Shown: positions 1 through 13,238 of the stretch, piece by piece
Layout of the letters: every line of letters begins with the position of its first letter
Position numbering within the stretch: the stretch's first letter is position 1
Source: Guillardia theta CCMP2712
Lineage: Eukaryota > Protista > Cryptophyta
Assembly (NCBI RefSeq): GCF_000315625.1
Contig: NW_005434643.1
Coordinates: 128,212 to 192,211 of the forward strand
DNA length: 64,000 nucleotides
Reading direction: 5' to 3'
Made by a program: the position numbers and the translations under genes
The notes under the pieces: model-generated
Told to the model about the DNA's origin: nothing
Databases searched by the model: none
Seen by the model: the letters and a program-made list of their open reading frames with translations, nothing else

Positions 1-19
1 TGGCTACTAGACTGAACAT

Positions 20-146
20 TTAGCTGTTGGACTGACATGACTAGCTGCTGGACTGACATGACTAGCTGCTGGGCTGACATGACTAGCTGTTGGACTGACA
101 TGACTAGCTGCTGGGCTGACATGACTAGCTGCTGGACTGACATGAC
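20..146. repeat. 21-bp tandem repeat (CTAGCTGCTGGACTGACATGA), about 6 copies
   Basis: Direct head-to-tail copies without spacers; the minus strand reads SHVSPAA repeats. Confidence 0.9.
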
Positions 147-149
147 TGC

Positions 150-2640
150 CTTCTGCACCATACACGACTAGCTACTTCGCTGCCATCACTAGCTGCTTGA
201 CTGAGGCCACTAGCTACTTGCAGGAGGCACCTGAATGACTGGTCCATTGATGAAGTCGACGTGCTGCAACACGAGGAAGATCAATCGCGCATCTCCCAGC
301 CAAGTCCACTCACCGCCTGCTCCCCTGCAGTGTAGACCGAGCTGCGGGGCTTCCAGTGCTGGCGAAACTTCTTGTTGTACCGCGATCGCAGGACAGTGCA
401 ACCTTGCAGCGAGAGGGCAGATGTGAGCAACACAGACAAGCTCGTCTGACATGTCATGGAACCTGGCGTCTCGTACTGCACGTCTGAAAACATGTGCTCT
501 TGACGTCTCGACGAAGACTTCTGATGTTGAGATGCACTTGTTCCAGGTTTGAACACGGCCAGAGCTGAGGGTTGTCAGGATCAGAGAAGATGGAAGTCAG
601 CCTACCATGTTGGAAGGATTGCATGATAGAGGGCCGGTCATCCTGATCAGGGCAACGAGCAATCATGTCATGCAATCAACTACAGCAGACAGGTGGAGAG
701 AGGTCAAGGAGCAAGGGAGGCTGTAGGAGGGAGAGGTAGAATGGGATGGGGGAGAGTTGCAGGTAGCAAGCACGTACAGGTATCGGATAACCACACAGCT
801 TTCTGAAGTCCTGCCGTGCAATCCTCAGTGAAGAGAATTTCGCGCCCCTCCTGCTTACTTGCTTGATGACATCAAAGGGCTTGTCCCAGAGAGAGGTAGA
901 AAGCAGTCTGAGGAGTTTCTGCAAATTGTCACCTACGCACAACAAGATACAAGATCAAACCTCGTCGTGCTGAACATCATTGTCGTCCACGACAAGGACG
1001 TACGCTCGAAGACATCTGTGACGAAGCAAATCAATTCAACCATCACAGGTTCAAATTATATCAGACAAGTAATTCGAAACAGAAAACACGGCAGACGAAC
1101 AAGCAAACGGCAAGACAGACCAACAGGCAGCACATCTCCAGCGTGACCTTGAATCACAGTCTGCATGCCAGAAGTCCATGATCTGCTCGATGAGAGCGTC
1201 TTCTTCTACGAGCCTCGACTCCCTCACAACACACTGCAATGGCAGCTCAGTCTACATCTCGTGGGGTCACAACAAACATCACGTTGTCGCAGTTGAAGCG
1301 AAGCTGCTCTGTCCAGCGAAAGAAGTTCACTTGAACCTGCCCTGTTGTCAGCACTCACACGACGAACAGAGAATGTAAACCAAGCTGCGAGGAGTTGGAA
1401 GAAAAGCTCTCATGTATGCCTGCAAGGATCTTGTTGACACTCCTCCTACTCTCCTTTCCTCCTCCCCTTTCTCCCTCCCCCCCAGGCTTCCTCTTCCCCG
1501 CCATCACACCTGTACCATGGCGGACATCCGATTCCACTGCAACCAAGGTATCAGATGCTGAACATCAGAGCCGCTTCCCATCACATCACACAACATGACA
1601 GGCTACAACACAACATCCATCATCTGCAACTTGGACACAGCGTCACCTCGAAGTCCATCTCTCCGAACTTGTCCGTCATGCCCTATGAAGCTCTGTCAGG
1701 GTACTCCTCTTCGCCACCATTTGCTTACCAGCGACACCAGCTGGATAGTCCCCCTAGGCCCAGGAATGTTCAACACCCGGGGGGTTCGGAAGACACTAAG
1801 AGCAGCAAGTCAGGAAGCAGCGACAGGGCAGAGACCTCATGGCCGGAATGACACATCACCTCTTGAGCGCGACCTTGTGAGACTTCACAGAGTCGAAGGC
1901 TTCTTCGCTCCTGCGAATGCATCATCCCAGCCATTCCAAGAGCACCCCCTACCTGAATTGAAAGACCCAGGGCACGCTTTCGAGCGAACGGCAGCACGTC
2001 AGCTACAACGGGATCTGGCATGTGGAGCAAACCTGCACTCTGCCTCGTTGACCTGCTTGCCTCCGGCAATCTCACACAGCCATCTGTTGGCAGCCGTGAC
2101 ATCTGTTGCCGCAACAGCAAGCGTGTCATCATGGTCCTGCCAGGCCGTTAGCTCCATCGAGCCAACGGGAGCTCGATCTCACTTTCTTGATCATATCCCA
2201 GATCATCAGCGCAGCAGGAAGCGGAGCCCCAGCCTGTACGGGAGCGATGAGGACACCATGGAGCTCCACAGCACAGGGACAACGGCACCTCTGTAGCTGA
2301 GAAAAGTTTGACCTCCTGACCTCCTTTGTGCGGAGATTCGGTGTTTGCAGATTTCTCCCACACGCCGTCGGAATTCGTCATCAGACTGGTTCAACCATTG
2401 CTGCGTCACCATCTCGGCATAGAGCAACACAAGCGTGATACCTATTCCTTGATTCCATCTGACAAGCAGCAGGATCTAAAGCAATGCACAGCATGCACAA
2501 CCAAAAGTATCGCACTGGCAGTTTGTCAGGCTACAGGCAACGAGGAGTCCCCATAGACTTACTCATCATCGGGAAGTTGATTCAAGCAATGTCTTCAGTG
2601 TCTCGTAAAGGTAGCTGCAGACTCCAACTCTCCTAATTCA
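150..2640 (-). mobile_element. possible highly degenerate Ty1/copia gag-integrase remnant
   Basis: Broken minus-strand frames carry weak integrase-like words: FWHA (~1165), YVLVVDD (~990), GAKFSS (~840), VRDARFHD (~465). There are many stops and no intact ORF. Confidence 0.25.
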
Positions 2641-2753
2641 TCCTTGGCTGGTAGCTTGAGGACAAGTCTTCCCCAAAAAGATCTCGAATGCTACTTGGAG
2701 GATTCCGAATATCTGCTTCAAGGTTTTAAGAATCGCATCAAGAACGAGATGTA

Positions 2754-2755
<2 letters not shown>

Positions 2756-2821
<66 letters not shown>
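2756..2821. repeat. (CT)n microsatellite
   Basis: Pure dinucleotide run. Confidence 0.97.
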
Positions 2822-2823
<2 letters not shown>

Positions 2824-3499
2824 TCTCTCTCGCTCTCTCCTCTCTTAATCTCTTCTTCCATTCTGCACATTTTTGATCCTCCACGAATCTAGCATGTATC
2901 ATTCACCAACAATCGAGGATCCTCGTGATCGTCCTCTTTCATGTTCTTGTTCATGTTCTTGTTCATGTCTTGCTTCATCTTCTCCATCATCAAACAACTA
3001 TCAACATGATCCTCCTATCCTTCACATCCCTGACCTGACTGTTCTCTCCCAATCCCATGTCACCTTCAAATTTCCCCATCAAAATCAAACTCTCCCACCC
3101 GGACCCTCCCACCCCTCCATTTACCACATACTACCCTCATCTTTAGCACGCCCCCACACGCCCCACCCTTTTCTTACCTTACTACCTCACCCCCAAGAAA
3201 ATCACTACCCCTCCATATGATTTTATTACCCCCATCATCTTGAACAATCCTCCATGAAAAAGTACCCTGTCAGTGGTCAAATTCTGACCCCCCACCCCTC
3301 AATTCAGATCCACCCCACCTGCAGAGTGCACGGCGAGATGAGCCTCAAGTTCCTTGATGGCAGATAGGATGGACGGACGGACGGACGGACGGAGAGCAGC
3401 AGCAGCAGCAGCGAGAGGAGAAGAATACATGGCACTGAAGGTGTATTGATTTGTAACGTCACGGGCAACATCTCGAGAGAAAGGGTCAACCAACATCCC

Positions 3500-5562
3500 A
3501 TGGTTCTCAACTCCAGCTCCCCCAGTCGAAGTCAGGGCCTGAAAGCAGTCAAGCTAGTTCTGCTCTTCGTATTTGTGAACAACAGCGCACCAATTCAAAC
3601 ATGGGCCTCACATGCTCGCACTGGTTTGTATTCCCGCCACACGATCTGATAGACTGAACCCCACGTTCAGGTAATCCCACCAGGACCTCTCGAAGGAGTG
3701 TACAAACACTTCGCTTGAGAGGTTTCGGACCGCTTCTCTATGGTCCATTTCAATACTATCATGCTTTTTAGCAAGATCACTCTTCCAAATTTGCAGAGAA
3801 GCAGCAGAAGCAACATCATAATACAAAGAAGAGCAAGAAGGTGTTCCAATTTTACACTCAATGTGTTAAAAAGTTGCTGAAACCACCTCCAGATTGAAGA
3901 AGAATCTTCAAAACTTCAATGCACATATGAGAAGTTGAACATGTCAGATCCTAATATGTTTTCGTATGAGACGTATGATATCGATCCGGGGAAAGCTTTC
4001 CTCTTCGATGTACCTGCCCGGTTACTCGCTCATGTGGTGACGTTTTGGAAAATAGGATGGTCCCTTCAATGCCGAAAATTGCACAGAAGTAGCTTCCAAT
4101 GAGACAGCGTACGCAGTAAGACTGACCGAGGAAGCCTTGTAATGCTTGTCTGTCATTCCTTGAACCAGATCCTGACTGTCACGAAGTAATCCCACCCTTT
4201 TCGGCGACAACGAAAGTGAAGTTGGATGGAATGCATCGGTGAAGATCCGTGTTAATCTTCAATGGGGCAATGCTAATCACATGAAATTTAAGAATTTTTC
4301 GTTTCCTAGCCTCCCACAAGTCGTGAGGGGTAACGAGAACTACACAGACGACTCTGAAGACGACAGCAATGCCGAGATAGAGCGACAGGTAGGATGTCTG
4401 GACGATTGATCGCGAGATCTCACGAGATTTGGTGGAACAGTCAAGAGAGCTGCTGGATGCGTGTGGTGATGAAGACATGGAAAGAGTTTTTCGCGCAATA
4501 GACTCTGGGGCGGACGTTAACTTCGCAACGTGATACTTGTCACTTGTGGACGCTCTAGCCTGACAACGTGCGTTCACAACCAGGGATCATAACTCGGCTC
4601 TAAATTTGGCCACCAGAATGGGCAACTTCGAAATCATGGAAGTGTTGATCAAACATGGAGCCAACCTCTCATTGGGGTGATGAGTTTGGGGTGCGAGGAG
4701 TGGGAGGAGACTTTCTAACATGTGTTTTCAGAGTATCCTCGACCACACCATTACACACCGTCGTGCAGAAAGCTGACAGAAACATGGTTCCTTCAGAATG
4801 CTCTGCTCCCGTGTTCTGAAGTGAGCTGTGGGCAGATCGATTTCCTCTTGTACTGCGGGGCTGATGTCCGAGCTCGAGAACCATCCATAGGCGCTACACC
4901 GCTGCACATTGCTGCTCAAGAGGTAAAACTCTCTTCCGATCCTCCGAAGCCTCATGAATATTTCGGTCAGGACCACGTCTCCGTTATCACGAAGCTGCTC
5001 CAATGCGGAAGTAGGGTTGACGACCCAGATGATTGCGGTGCATGCATTGACTGCTGGCGCTCAAGTGCAGTCCGGGTGACAGGTGTCTCACTGCAGGACG
5101 TACAGCATTGCATTATGCCGCCATTTACGGGAAAGTTCGCGCCTGTCGTCGACTCATCGATCATGCGGCCAACGTACGTTTCTGCTTCACCTCTTGCATG
5201 CCTTGTCAACCAATATGCAGATTTATCTGAGGGACAACGAGGGAGACAATGCTATTCAAGTAGCACTCCAGGTGAATCTAACTCAGCATTGCCTCCTCAC
5301 TTCTCCGACCTTGACTTTCCGTACAGTCGCCGAAGCGGCGGAGCGCTGGTTTCGCAGAGGTCATCAGCACACTGATGCAGGCCTGTGGATCTCCAGCTAG
5401 CGTTGGTTTCACTAGCATGAGCATAGACGCAGGCAAGAAGATCCTCTCGCTCCGCATCGTCTGTTTGTGATACACTTGGCAGAAAGACAACGAGAACTGG
5501 ATGCAGAGCAGATCATCGAGGAATGCGACGACAACTTGGACACGGTGGAAGAGAATGTGTAG
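3500..5562 (+). CDS. multi-exon ankyrin-repeat protein (5' exons approximate)
   Basis: Exon translations RAIDSGADVNF, SALNLATRMGNFEIMEVLIKHGAN, FLLYCGADVRAREPSIGATPLHIAAQE and RTALHYAAIYGKVRACRRLIDHAAN are separated by ~50-nt introns. Stop TAG at 5560-5562. Confidence 0.8.
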
Positions 5563-5862
5563 CAGCCCTTGATCAGGAGGAGATGACTGGATGCTGAGAA
5601 ATCTGTCGACGCTCATGCTTGTTTCAACCACAAGGTCTCGCAGCCGAAGACAAGGGCAACAAAAGCGCCAGGGCCCAAGAAATCACGGCCATCCTGTGGT
5701 TGTCTCTTGATATTGCAAGGAGCCACAGGGCAGCCAGCACAACATTGAGGGGGTAGTTGAGGACGTGATAGACGGCATCGGGAGGTGTGTTGGGGTAGTA
5801 GAAGACGCCTCGAGCGCGCCCCCCGCTCCATTCTTCTCCCACCATCGACTTGACCGTGTCTT

Positions 5863-6600
5863 CTTTACTCAAAGTTAAAGATCAGTACGAGTCCGTCAGT
5901 AGTGTTTACTGAGCCCGACTGGCCCCGGCCGGGGAGTGACCGGTCGGACCGGACAGCCTGGCAGTGTGACTGCCCGGCCCGGGCCGCCGGCCGGGACTCG
6001 GGCGGCGCGCCGGCCGGGCCGGGCACGCCGGCGTCACGGTACGCCGTGACGGTCCGCGCAATCAGCCCGGGCCGAGTCGCCCGTGACCCCCCGGACCCGG
6101 CGTCACTCAGTGGTCAGTCGCCGCGCGGCCGGGGGGGCTTTCAAGTTGGACCGTCACCGGCGGCGGCGTGTCAGTGTGCTCGGCGCCGCTGAGCCGGGCC
6201 GGGGGCTGGGGCCCGGCCCGGATGCGGCGGCCGCACCGTGGCACCGGGCCGCCTTTGCCCGGGGCAGCCCGGACCCGGTCACGGCGGGCGCCCGGCCGCC
6301 GGGCCGCCGTGTGATTTTTGCCGCGCCGTCAAGTTGGTACTAGTTTCAAGTTTTGTCGGAATATAACGCTGGCGGCCCGGGGCCGGCTCGGAGCCGCCGC
6401 CGCCGCGAACTACTAGGCTACTAGTAGACTTGCCACGACGGTGAAATCATTAGTGCACTCACTGGCCGAGGCCCCTCTCGTCCGGCCCGATGACCGTACC
6501 GGCGTGCCAGCCGCGCGTCACGGCGAGCCATCCCTGCAGTGCGCCGGCCGGGCCCCCGACCTTCAAGTTGACTCGCCGGACAATGGCTTTTTAAGGCCCA
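5863..6600. other. GC-rich intergenic island edged by CTTTACTCAAAGTTAAAGATCAGTACGAG motif
   Basis: Very high GC with recurrent CCGG/GTCAC/TGACT words; AT-rich motif at 5863-5894. Confidence 0.7.
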
Positions 6601-6639
6601 AAGTTGACATGGGGCCCCAGGGTCGAAACTTGTGGCTGA

Positions 6640-7996
6640 GTCAATCAGGAATGAGAACAAGGTGATAGAGAATGATAACAAGAAGCCTACGTTTGCTCGT
6701 TGTAAATGAAACAGAAGGCATCCATGCTCGGCCCCGTACCGATCGGGCTCGCCTGATTGTTCTACGGGCGGGAACAAGGCCAAAAGAATGTTTCAGCGTT
6801 CCGATATGATTGTCATGCTTCACTCACCTCTACACTTGTCGTGGGAGAAATGTCCCCTTGCAACAGTGTTGTTTGATGCCACATTGTGCCTTGCGTGCAG
6901 GAATGATTGTACTGACATACCCAAACTTCTTCGAAGTTGGCAATCATCAGATCTCCAAGACCACCTGTGCTTGCCGACTTCAGAATGTTGTATGGCTTCA
7001 TTAGATTACCATCACAGAGTCTTGATATACACAGCATTTCAGCAGCGACATGTCTTACCGGAAACGAAAAAAAATGGCTGGGGATGAACAGAGTCCGCAG
7101 AGTGTCGAATGATTTCCTCCCACGTGGAATCCAAGCTACACTCATGTGGCAATGAAGGAATGCAAGCCGACCAGGAATAGTTCCTCAACAGGGTACGCTC
7201 CATGCCAACTGCACTCGTCACAGATGCAACACTCAGGGTTTCAACTCGGCAATCAGCTGAAACATGCATTACCTGGACATTCTCCACACGTCACAGCTCC
7301 GGTGACATTGGCAGCACTCGAATTCATCGCGCTTGTAGGGCATGAAGGGCAGCGCACAAGACCAGTCAGGTTGGATGCAGTTCCTGGAGGGCAGGGAGTG
7401 CAAGACGTAGCTCCCTCTTCGTTGGAATAGGTTCCTGCAGGACAAGGAGTGCACTCGGTCTGCCCTGAACCGCTGTACTTGCCTATTCCATGAGCATGAG
7501 CAAGTTCAGATTAAATATACACATCCGATATGATTGCTATCATCGCACCTGCTGAGCATTGCTGGCATCCAGGAGGAGCTTGTCCCATGATCAAGACACT
7601 GCCGTTCCCTCTTCCAGTGCTAGAGTACCATCCAGGATCGCACATGGGGGGGGCTCGTGTGTCACAAAACCAGCCCTCTTTGATGTCGAGGTAGCTGTAA
7701 TGACCGTATAGGTAACAGTTCCCCTTCCAGCCAAAGCAAATGTTGAAATTGCATGCATCGCAACCGCAATGGACGCAACCATTACAATCGCCTGATGGAT
7801 CCGTGCTAGGGTCCCAAGTTTCTCGGTAGTCACCGAAGGTTTTCCTCACATTGTTGTACTTGCAGTCAGCATGGCTGTTGCAGCTCTGATATGTCATCTT
7901 CCACCATGCATCGACATTGAGTGCAAGCGACGTCAGGATGACGAACATGAGCCATCCTCCTGCTGTTGACGTTGCTTTCCCAATCATTGCGGGCAT
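6640..7996 (-). CDS. secreted/surface Cys-rich protein with GCC2-GCC3/ephrin-receptor-like repeats (3' end uncertain)
   Basis: Signal-like MFVILTSLALNVDA is followed by CDPGWYSSTG..CQQCSAG, an intron, then GKYSGSGQTECTPCPAGTYSNEEGATSCTPCPPGTASNLTG. Confidence 0.7.
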
Positions 7997-8489
7997 TACA
8001 GGTTGCTTGGATGTGATGACACAACTACGTATCAGAGGAGGTTGAGTCAGCGAGCGAGAGGATGTAGAGGGCTGGCAGAGGTACAGCACAACTGTTTCTG
8101 AAGGGGTGGGTGGTATACCCCAGCTACCGGTCCACTTGCCAAGTCTCACGAAATCTCTCAGGCATCGTCCTGTAATGTTGGGATGTTATTTCAATATTTC
8201 AGAGATCTTTTCCAAGTTCGTTATGCAGGTTTCGGACTGTAAACGGACTAGCATACTAAAGTTTATACTGGTCAACGGTAGTACTAGTATTCTGGTCACT
8301 ACTAGCGGTGGAGCCTGATTTAACTCAACTTTGACTAAAGTCGAATCGAGTCAGGCTGTGCGGCCAACCCTGACCCGGCGTGATCGGTGATCGGACACTG
8401 GTGACCTGGAGTCCGGCTGGTCGCCGGCCGGGGGCCGAGGGCCGCTCGTCCGGTCACTACTAGTGACCCGGAGGCTATGGGCAGTAGTG

Positions 8490-9030
8490 ATGGCAGACTG
8501 TTAGCTCAGTGCTCCACGTTGTGGCCGTGGCAACCAGAGTTCGATTCTCAGACCCGACATGGCCGCGGGCCCGCCCCCTCACACCTTTAAGGTTGCAGCA
8601 GCGCATCAGCTTGGTGGCTGTCACTGACCGTAATAAGTTTCTTCATGGATTGCCGGTTGACCTCCTGCTGCACGGCGATAAATGCCACCATCTTCTCCGT
8701 CATCCTGGGGGACTACATACATGGCAACCTGCGCTGAGGCACCGCAGCCCGGTACTATGATGGACTGATGCGCATGAGAAGTGCAATGCCGTCTCAGTAC
8801 CCTCATCAGTGTCTCTCGGCCTCGCAGGACGTCTCAGGTGATCCGACTTGTAAACGCACGTGGTCCAGGATCTTTCGTCAACTCAAGGCCTCCCTGTCCT
8901 TCACTGCCATCATCGCAGGTGCGTTCCGGTATGCGTCTCATTCCTTCGGCGACGGCCACAGCGACTTCGCTGGCATGGCGCAGGGGAATGGTCCTGTGCG
9001 CAGTAGGTTAGAGCTATGGACAACTTGAAA
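8490..9030 (+). mobile_element. tRNA-His-headed dispersed repeat (SINE-like), copy 1
   Basis: Anticodon arm CCACG-TTGTGGC-CGTGG (GTG at 8521-8523) and a T-arm with TTCGATT. The body is shared with 26815-27280 and 44090-44375. Confidence 0.6.
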
Positions 9031-9235
9031 GGTTCAGTCACAGAGTCCGGTGATCTCAGTACGGTCGCGATGAGGCTGCCGCACCGTCCAATAGATATCA
9101 GTATAGTCCTCTGACTGATCGGAAATTCATAGTTTTTCTGCACTGAAGTGTACCGTAGGCAGTACTTATGGCGTGTTTGGATGACCGAGTGAGTGACGGA
9201 GTGATATCAGCCTGATATACTATAATCATTCAATG

Positions 9236-10420
9236 TTATGAGTCCACTACAAAGACGGACATCTGTACTGCAGTTCGCATGATGGTGTAAACTGTTTCAC
9301 AGCACAAGGAGCAAGTGCCATGGCGTTGCCGCAGACGTGCACTCATTTCTGAATGGTTTGGATCATCGAGACCACCATAAACGTGCACTCTATCTGAGAA
9401 ACATGGGATCAAGCTGTTCCTAGTTGCAATCACCAAAAGATGGTAAACCACAAGCATTCAGCGAATTACAAGACAAAAATGTACAAAGCCTCCTCGCTAA
9501 GCGATTCCAGGCTGAAATTCTCATACGGAGAGCACAGGATACACCAGGGACTATTCAGCCTATTGGTGATCGGGAAAAACGACATGAGACAATGGGAGGA
9601 TGCAGTTTCACGAGAGAGAGCCAGTCCAGAAATCACACTGTGTTGTCGAGCCGCCCGACTGACCAGCAGCCGATGACACTGGTGAATCTTCTGTTGCATC
9701 AATTTGATGGGGAGCGTAAAGAGGCAACTTTGGCTAACAAACAAGGGAGCAAACAAGAATGAATTCAGAATCTGCATTGTGAATCAAAATAAATTGTACC
9801 ACAGCAATGATCAGTAGATTTGCCAGGCTAACCAATCAATCGCCTTACATTCTCGGTACTCAGTGTGGCACAGGACCATGTGAGTTTCTTGCCGAATCCC
9901 AATCTCATAATCTCTGAAACTTGATAGTGATTTACAAGCCGAATGCAACCAGAGACACATTCTTTTTTCAGATCATGTCGACTTCTCAGATGTGCATGCG
10001 AAATTTTAATGGGTTGTCAGATGCCTGCAAAGGAGCTCGCTGGTCTGAGCTTAGAGATGGCGATAAGAAAAGGGGAAATGCACGTTCCTTGAAACATTTC
10101 TGATCAATTTCCTGGTTTTTGGTCCAGTTGGACTGGTCGTGATACTACGGGCCTTCCACTGACATCTTTTCGCTCAGCTGCTTTCCATCGTAACTTGGGC
10201 ATAACGACCTCGAAATGGAGCGGCAAGAGAATCGAGATGAAGGAACACATAGGAGAGGAACGCGGGCAGGGCCGGAGGCGGAGAGGGAGGCAGGGAGGAT
10301 CAGTTCGAACTAACAAAGTTGTAATGAAGGATTCTCTTGTCTCGAGTTTCAACAGCATTCTTCTAGGCTCACCAGGATCTTCCAAACGGCCCGTCTCAAG
10401 GTTCCGACAGTTGGGCATAC
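9236..10420 (-). CDS. hypothetical multi-exon protein
   Basis: Short minus-strand ORF pieces with intron-like gaps; no recognisable domain. Confidence 0.25.
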
Positions 10421-10908
10421 ATCCTTTGCCATGATCGCAAGCTTCGCTGGACGGTACTTCAGAGTATGCTCTCCACCGCAGTTACTTGAAAGTATCACAG
10501 TTGACTTTGATTCAAGTCTACTTGCTACTAGCTTCAGTACAGCTTTACTTTCCATACAGGTTTACTTTCATGCCAGTACAGGTTACTTTCAAGCCAGTAC
10601 TTGTTTACTTTTGAGTCTCAGCACCGTGACGGCGTGACCCAGTCAAATCAGTTTCAAAGTTGCAAGTTCTTGCTATAGCTTCGATGAAGTCGGAGCCTCA
10701 AGTTCTTTTGCTCTCTCAGGCCGACCGACAACTGGCGTCAGAACACCAGGAGGCGCAGCCAGCGCTAGATAGTGAGACTGTCTGAGCCTTTAGAGCGCAG
10801 CCGCTTTGGTCGAGACATTCGAACTTCTTCTGCCTCCAGGGAGTGTCCGAGATCGTTCATTCATGCTTCAAGGTGCGCAAGTCTCATCAAAGTGAATGTC
10901 GAATATCG

Positions 10909-11617
10909 TCACGGGAGGGAGCTCATGTCTGTTGAATCGTCAGAGCTGAGAAACCAGTCAAGCCACTCGTTGTTGACTAGAAGCTCCCGGTGCTCTTCGT
11001 CCCATTCTCCAAGAATTCTTAGCTCCTCTGGCGTTGCGCTGGCCGTCAAAGGAACGAGCATACCATTGGAGGAGGAGGCAGGGTCTGAGGTTTCCCCCAT
11101 CGGTTGGATTGGAAGGTTGTGAGCATGAAGTGCTTTTGACGACTGAGCCACTTCGAGGGAAGAAGACCAGAGAGTAGATGAATCATCGTGTGTCCTTTCA
11201 TCAGTCTTGCTATGGCCTTCACAAGTTCCCGTCAGCTCTACCGCCTGCTTCAATGTCGATGGCTGGATGCTTGAATGCGTTCTCGCAACACCCTCGAGCT
11301 TGAATCTTGTGTACGGCCATCGCTTCAGCCCCAGCTGCCGGCATGCGCTCTTGAGGCTTGTGAGAGAGATCCCCTGCACGAGCGAGTACGTGTCAGCGTT
11401 TTAGTACGGCATTGAGGTCAAGTCTTGAACGGCAAGAGAGGTTGAGGCAGACTACTGACAACATTGGGAGCAGAAATAGCAGTACCAGAAGGCTTGCGGC
11501 GTCTTCTTGACGGAAGTCGTAGAATGCCTCTAGCTTGTTCAGCGTGAGTTCTACGCGCCTTCCTGGGGTTCCCTTCCTTGAGCCAGCTCTTCCTCGTACA
11601 ATAATGGTTCGGGACAT
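10909..11617 (-). CDS. RWP-RK domain transcription factor (exons 11617-11486, 11373-10909)
   Basis: The spliced product reads ELTLNKLEAFYDFRQEDAASLL|GISLTSLKSACRQLGLKRWPYTR. GT-AG intron at 11485-11374. Confidence 0.9.
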
Positions 11618-11919
11618 GGTCGGTGCTGAGGCCAGGGATGTTTCAGAGAAGAAGGATGATGGACAAGGAAATGGGAGCAAGCTTTTTTGCGTGCGAGGAT
11701 ACAGCGTCTGACCTTGATGAAATAGCCGGACCGTGGGTTTATTCCATATCTGCACCGGCAGGCGGCATATCCCATGACAGGGCGTAAAGCGGGAGGAGTA
11801 AACGAAACAACTCAAAACACGACGCTTGGTCACGCGGGCCCCGGAAGGAGCTGCCGTTTGCACCGGTCTAAAATCAACAATGGGTCCCGTGCCGCTGATC
11901 ACGCGCTCCAAGTCACAGT

Positions 11920-12545
11920 CACTGAGTCCGACTCGGTCCCGGCCGCCGCGGCTGACCGGGCTCTTGATGAACCGCTTATTCTTTTCCTCAAAGTTAAGTT
12001 AAAAATCAGTATGAGGACCGTGACAATCAGGAGAGTAGCCGCTGAAAAGTTGCCAGAGAAACTTCAAGCCGGGCCCGGCGTCAAATGTCCGGGTCCGACA
12101 CCGCAGGGGCGCGCGGTATACAAGTTCAACTGAGGCTTCTGAACCTTTACACAAAGTGAAGTGAAAAATATGTACGAGGACAATCAGGAGACTCGTCGAG
12201 GAGGCTTGACCCTGCTGAACAATGATAACCCGGCGTAGTACTACTGTCACGAGTCCTAGGCTCACTGTACGGTCAGCGGCCGGGCTGCCAGTCAGGGGCC
12301 GCCCGGGCCCGGCCGGCACGCCGCCGTGACTCGGGCTCAGGGTCCGAGAGCCTCCGAGTCCGATCCGACATCGGATCGGACAGCGGCTTAGGCTCCGAGC
12401 CTGGCCGCCCAGCGAACGAGTCACGGCGCGGCAGACCGTTGGCACTGAGGCTCCGAGGCGGCGGCGGCGGCCCGGGGCCCGGCCCGGACTCCGGGTGCGG
12501 CCGGCGTGACTCCGAGTCACTGAGTCAGCCGTTCACTGCTGCTTC
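11920..12545. promoter_or_regulatory. GC-rich island between divergent genes with two copies of the AT-rich motif (11981-12038, 12144-12214)
   Basis: Composition, motif copies and head-to-head position; the regulatory role is inferred. Confidence 0.4.
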
Positions 12546-13238
12546 TTCAGGCAAACAAGTTGGTGGCCGGCCTCGTGAGGACGGGCAAATTTAAACTTAC
12601 AACCCCACCCTCCTCATGTTCTTTCCCGATCCCGGTATCTTGATCGATTTTACCTATTGCTCTACTTATAACTTCAGAGAGCCTTGCTACACCATATTCT
12701 GCATTACCTATTGACTACCCCTCCTCGGCCTCCCGTCCACCCCCTTTGTGTGTCTCCCCCCCTTTCAACGGTCTGAAATTTGAACCATCAACCAGCTCCT
12801 GCACCCCCTGCCGCAGACACAGCCGTACATGCATTCTATGCTGGCATGCCGAACATTCATCGTGCCAAGCCCTTTTCTCGTCCTCTCGTCCTCTCGTCCT
12901 CTCGTCCTCTCCCCCCTCTGTCATCAATCTTCTTCTTCTCAGTCGCTCTTTTCCTTTCTTTCAAATTTCATCTTATAGCTATGCTAGCACATGGTTGTAG
13001 TGCACTTCAGGAGCCCATGACATTCTGACATCTTTCTGCTTTCATTATCTGATGTTGGATTCCCCCTCTTATACTCACAGACCCCTTTCAGCCTCTCACC
13101 CTCCTTTCTTTATACGTTATATTTCCTACGTCATATTCCACTGCTCAAACACTCCCCACACCTTCTGAAATCCCTTCTCTTTTCAAGTCTCCATGCGATT
13201 CCTCGTTCCTCGGTGACTTCCACCTGACATTCTTCCAG

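Noticed and set aside
20-146. Possible CRISPR array (also 28568-28660)
   Set aside because: The repeats are contiguous with no unique spacers, there are no cas genes, and the context is eukaryotic.
5624-5872. Small two-TM protein ORF
   Set aside because: It begins at a non-ATG codon inside the dispersed motif, is short and has no recognisable family; it may be a fragment.
5902-6783. Arg/Gly/Pro-rich ORFs in GC islands (also 11999-12520, 29968-30400, 53203-54213)
   Set aside because: They result from stop-codon scarcity in GC-rich DNA; no domains and overlapping on both strands.
8490-8560. Functional tRNA-His gene
   Set aside because: No pairing acceptor stem or convincing D-arm, and the T-stem has a mismatch; treated as a repeat head.
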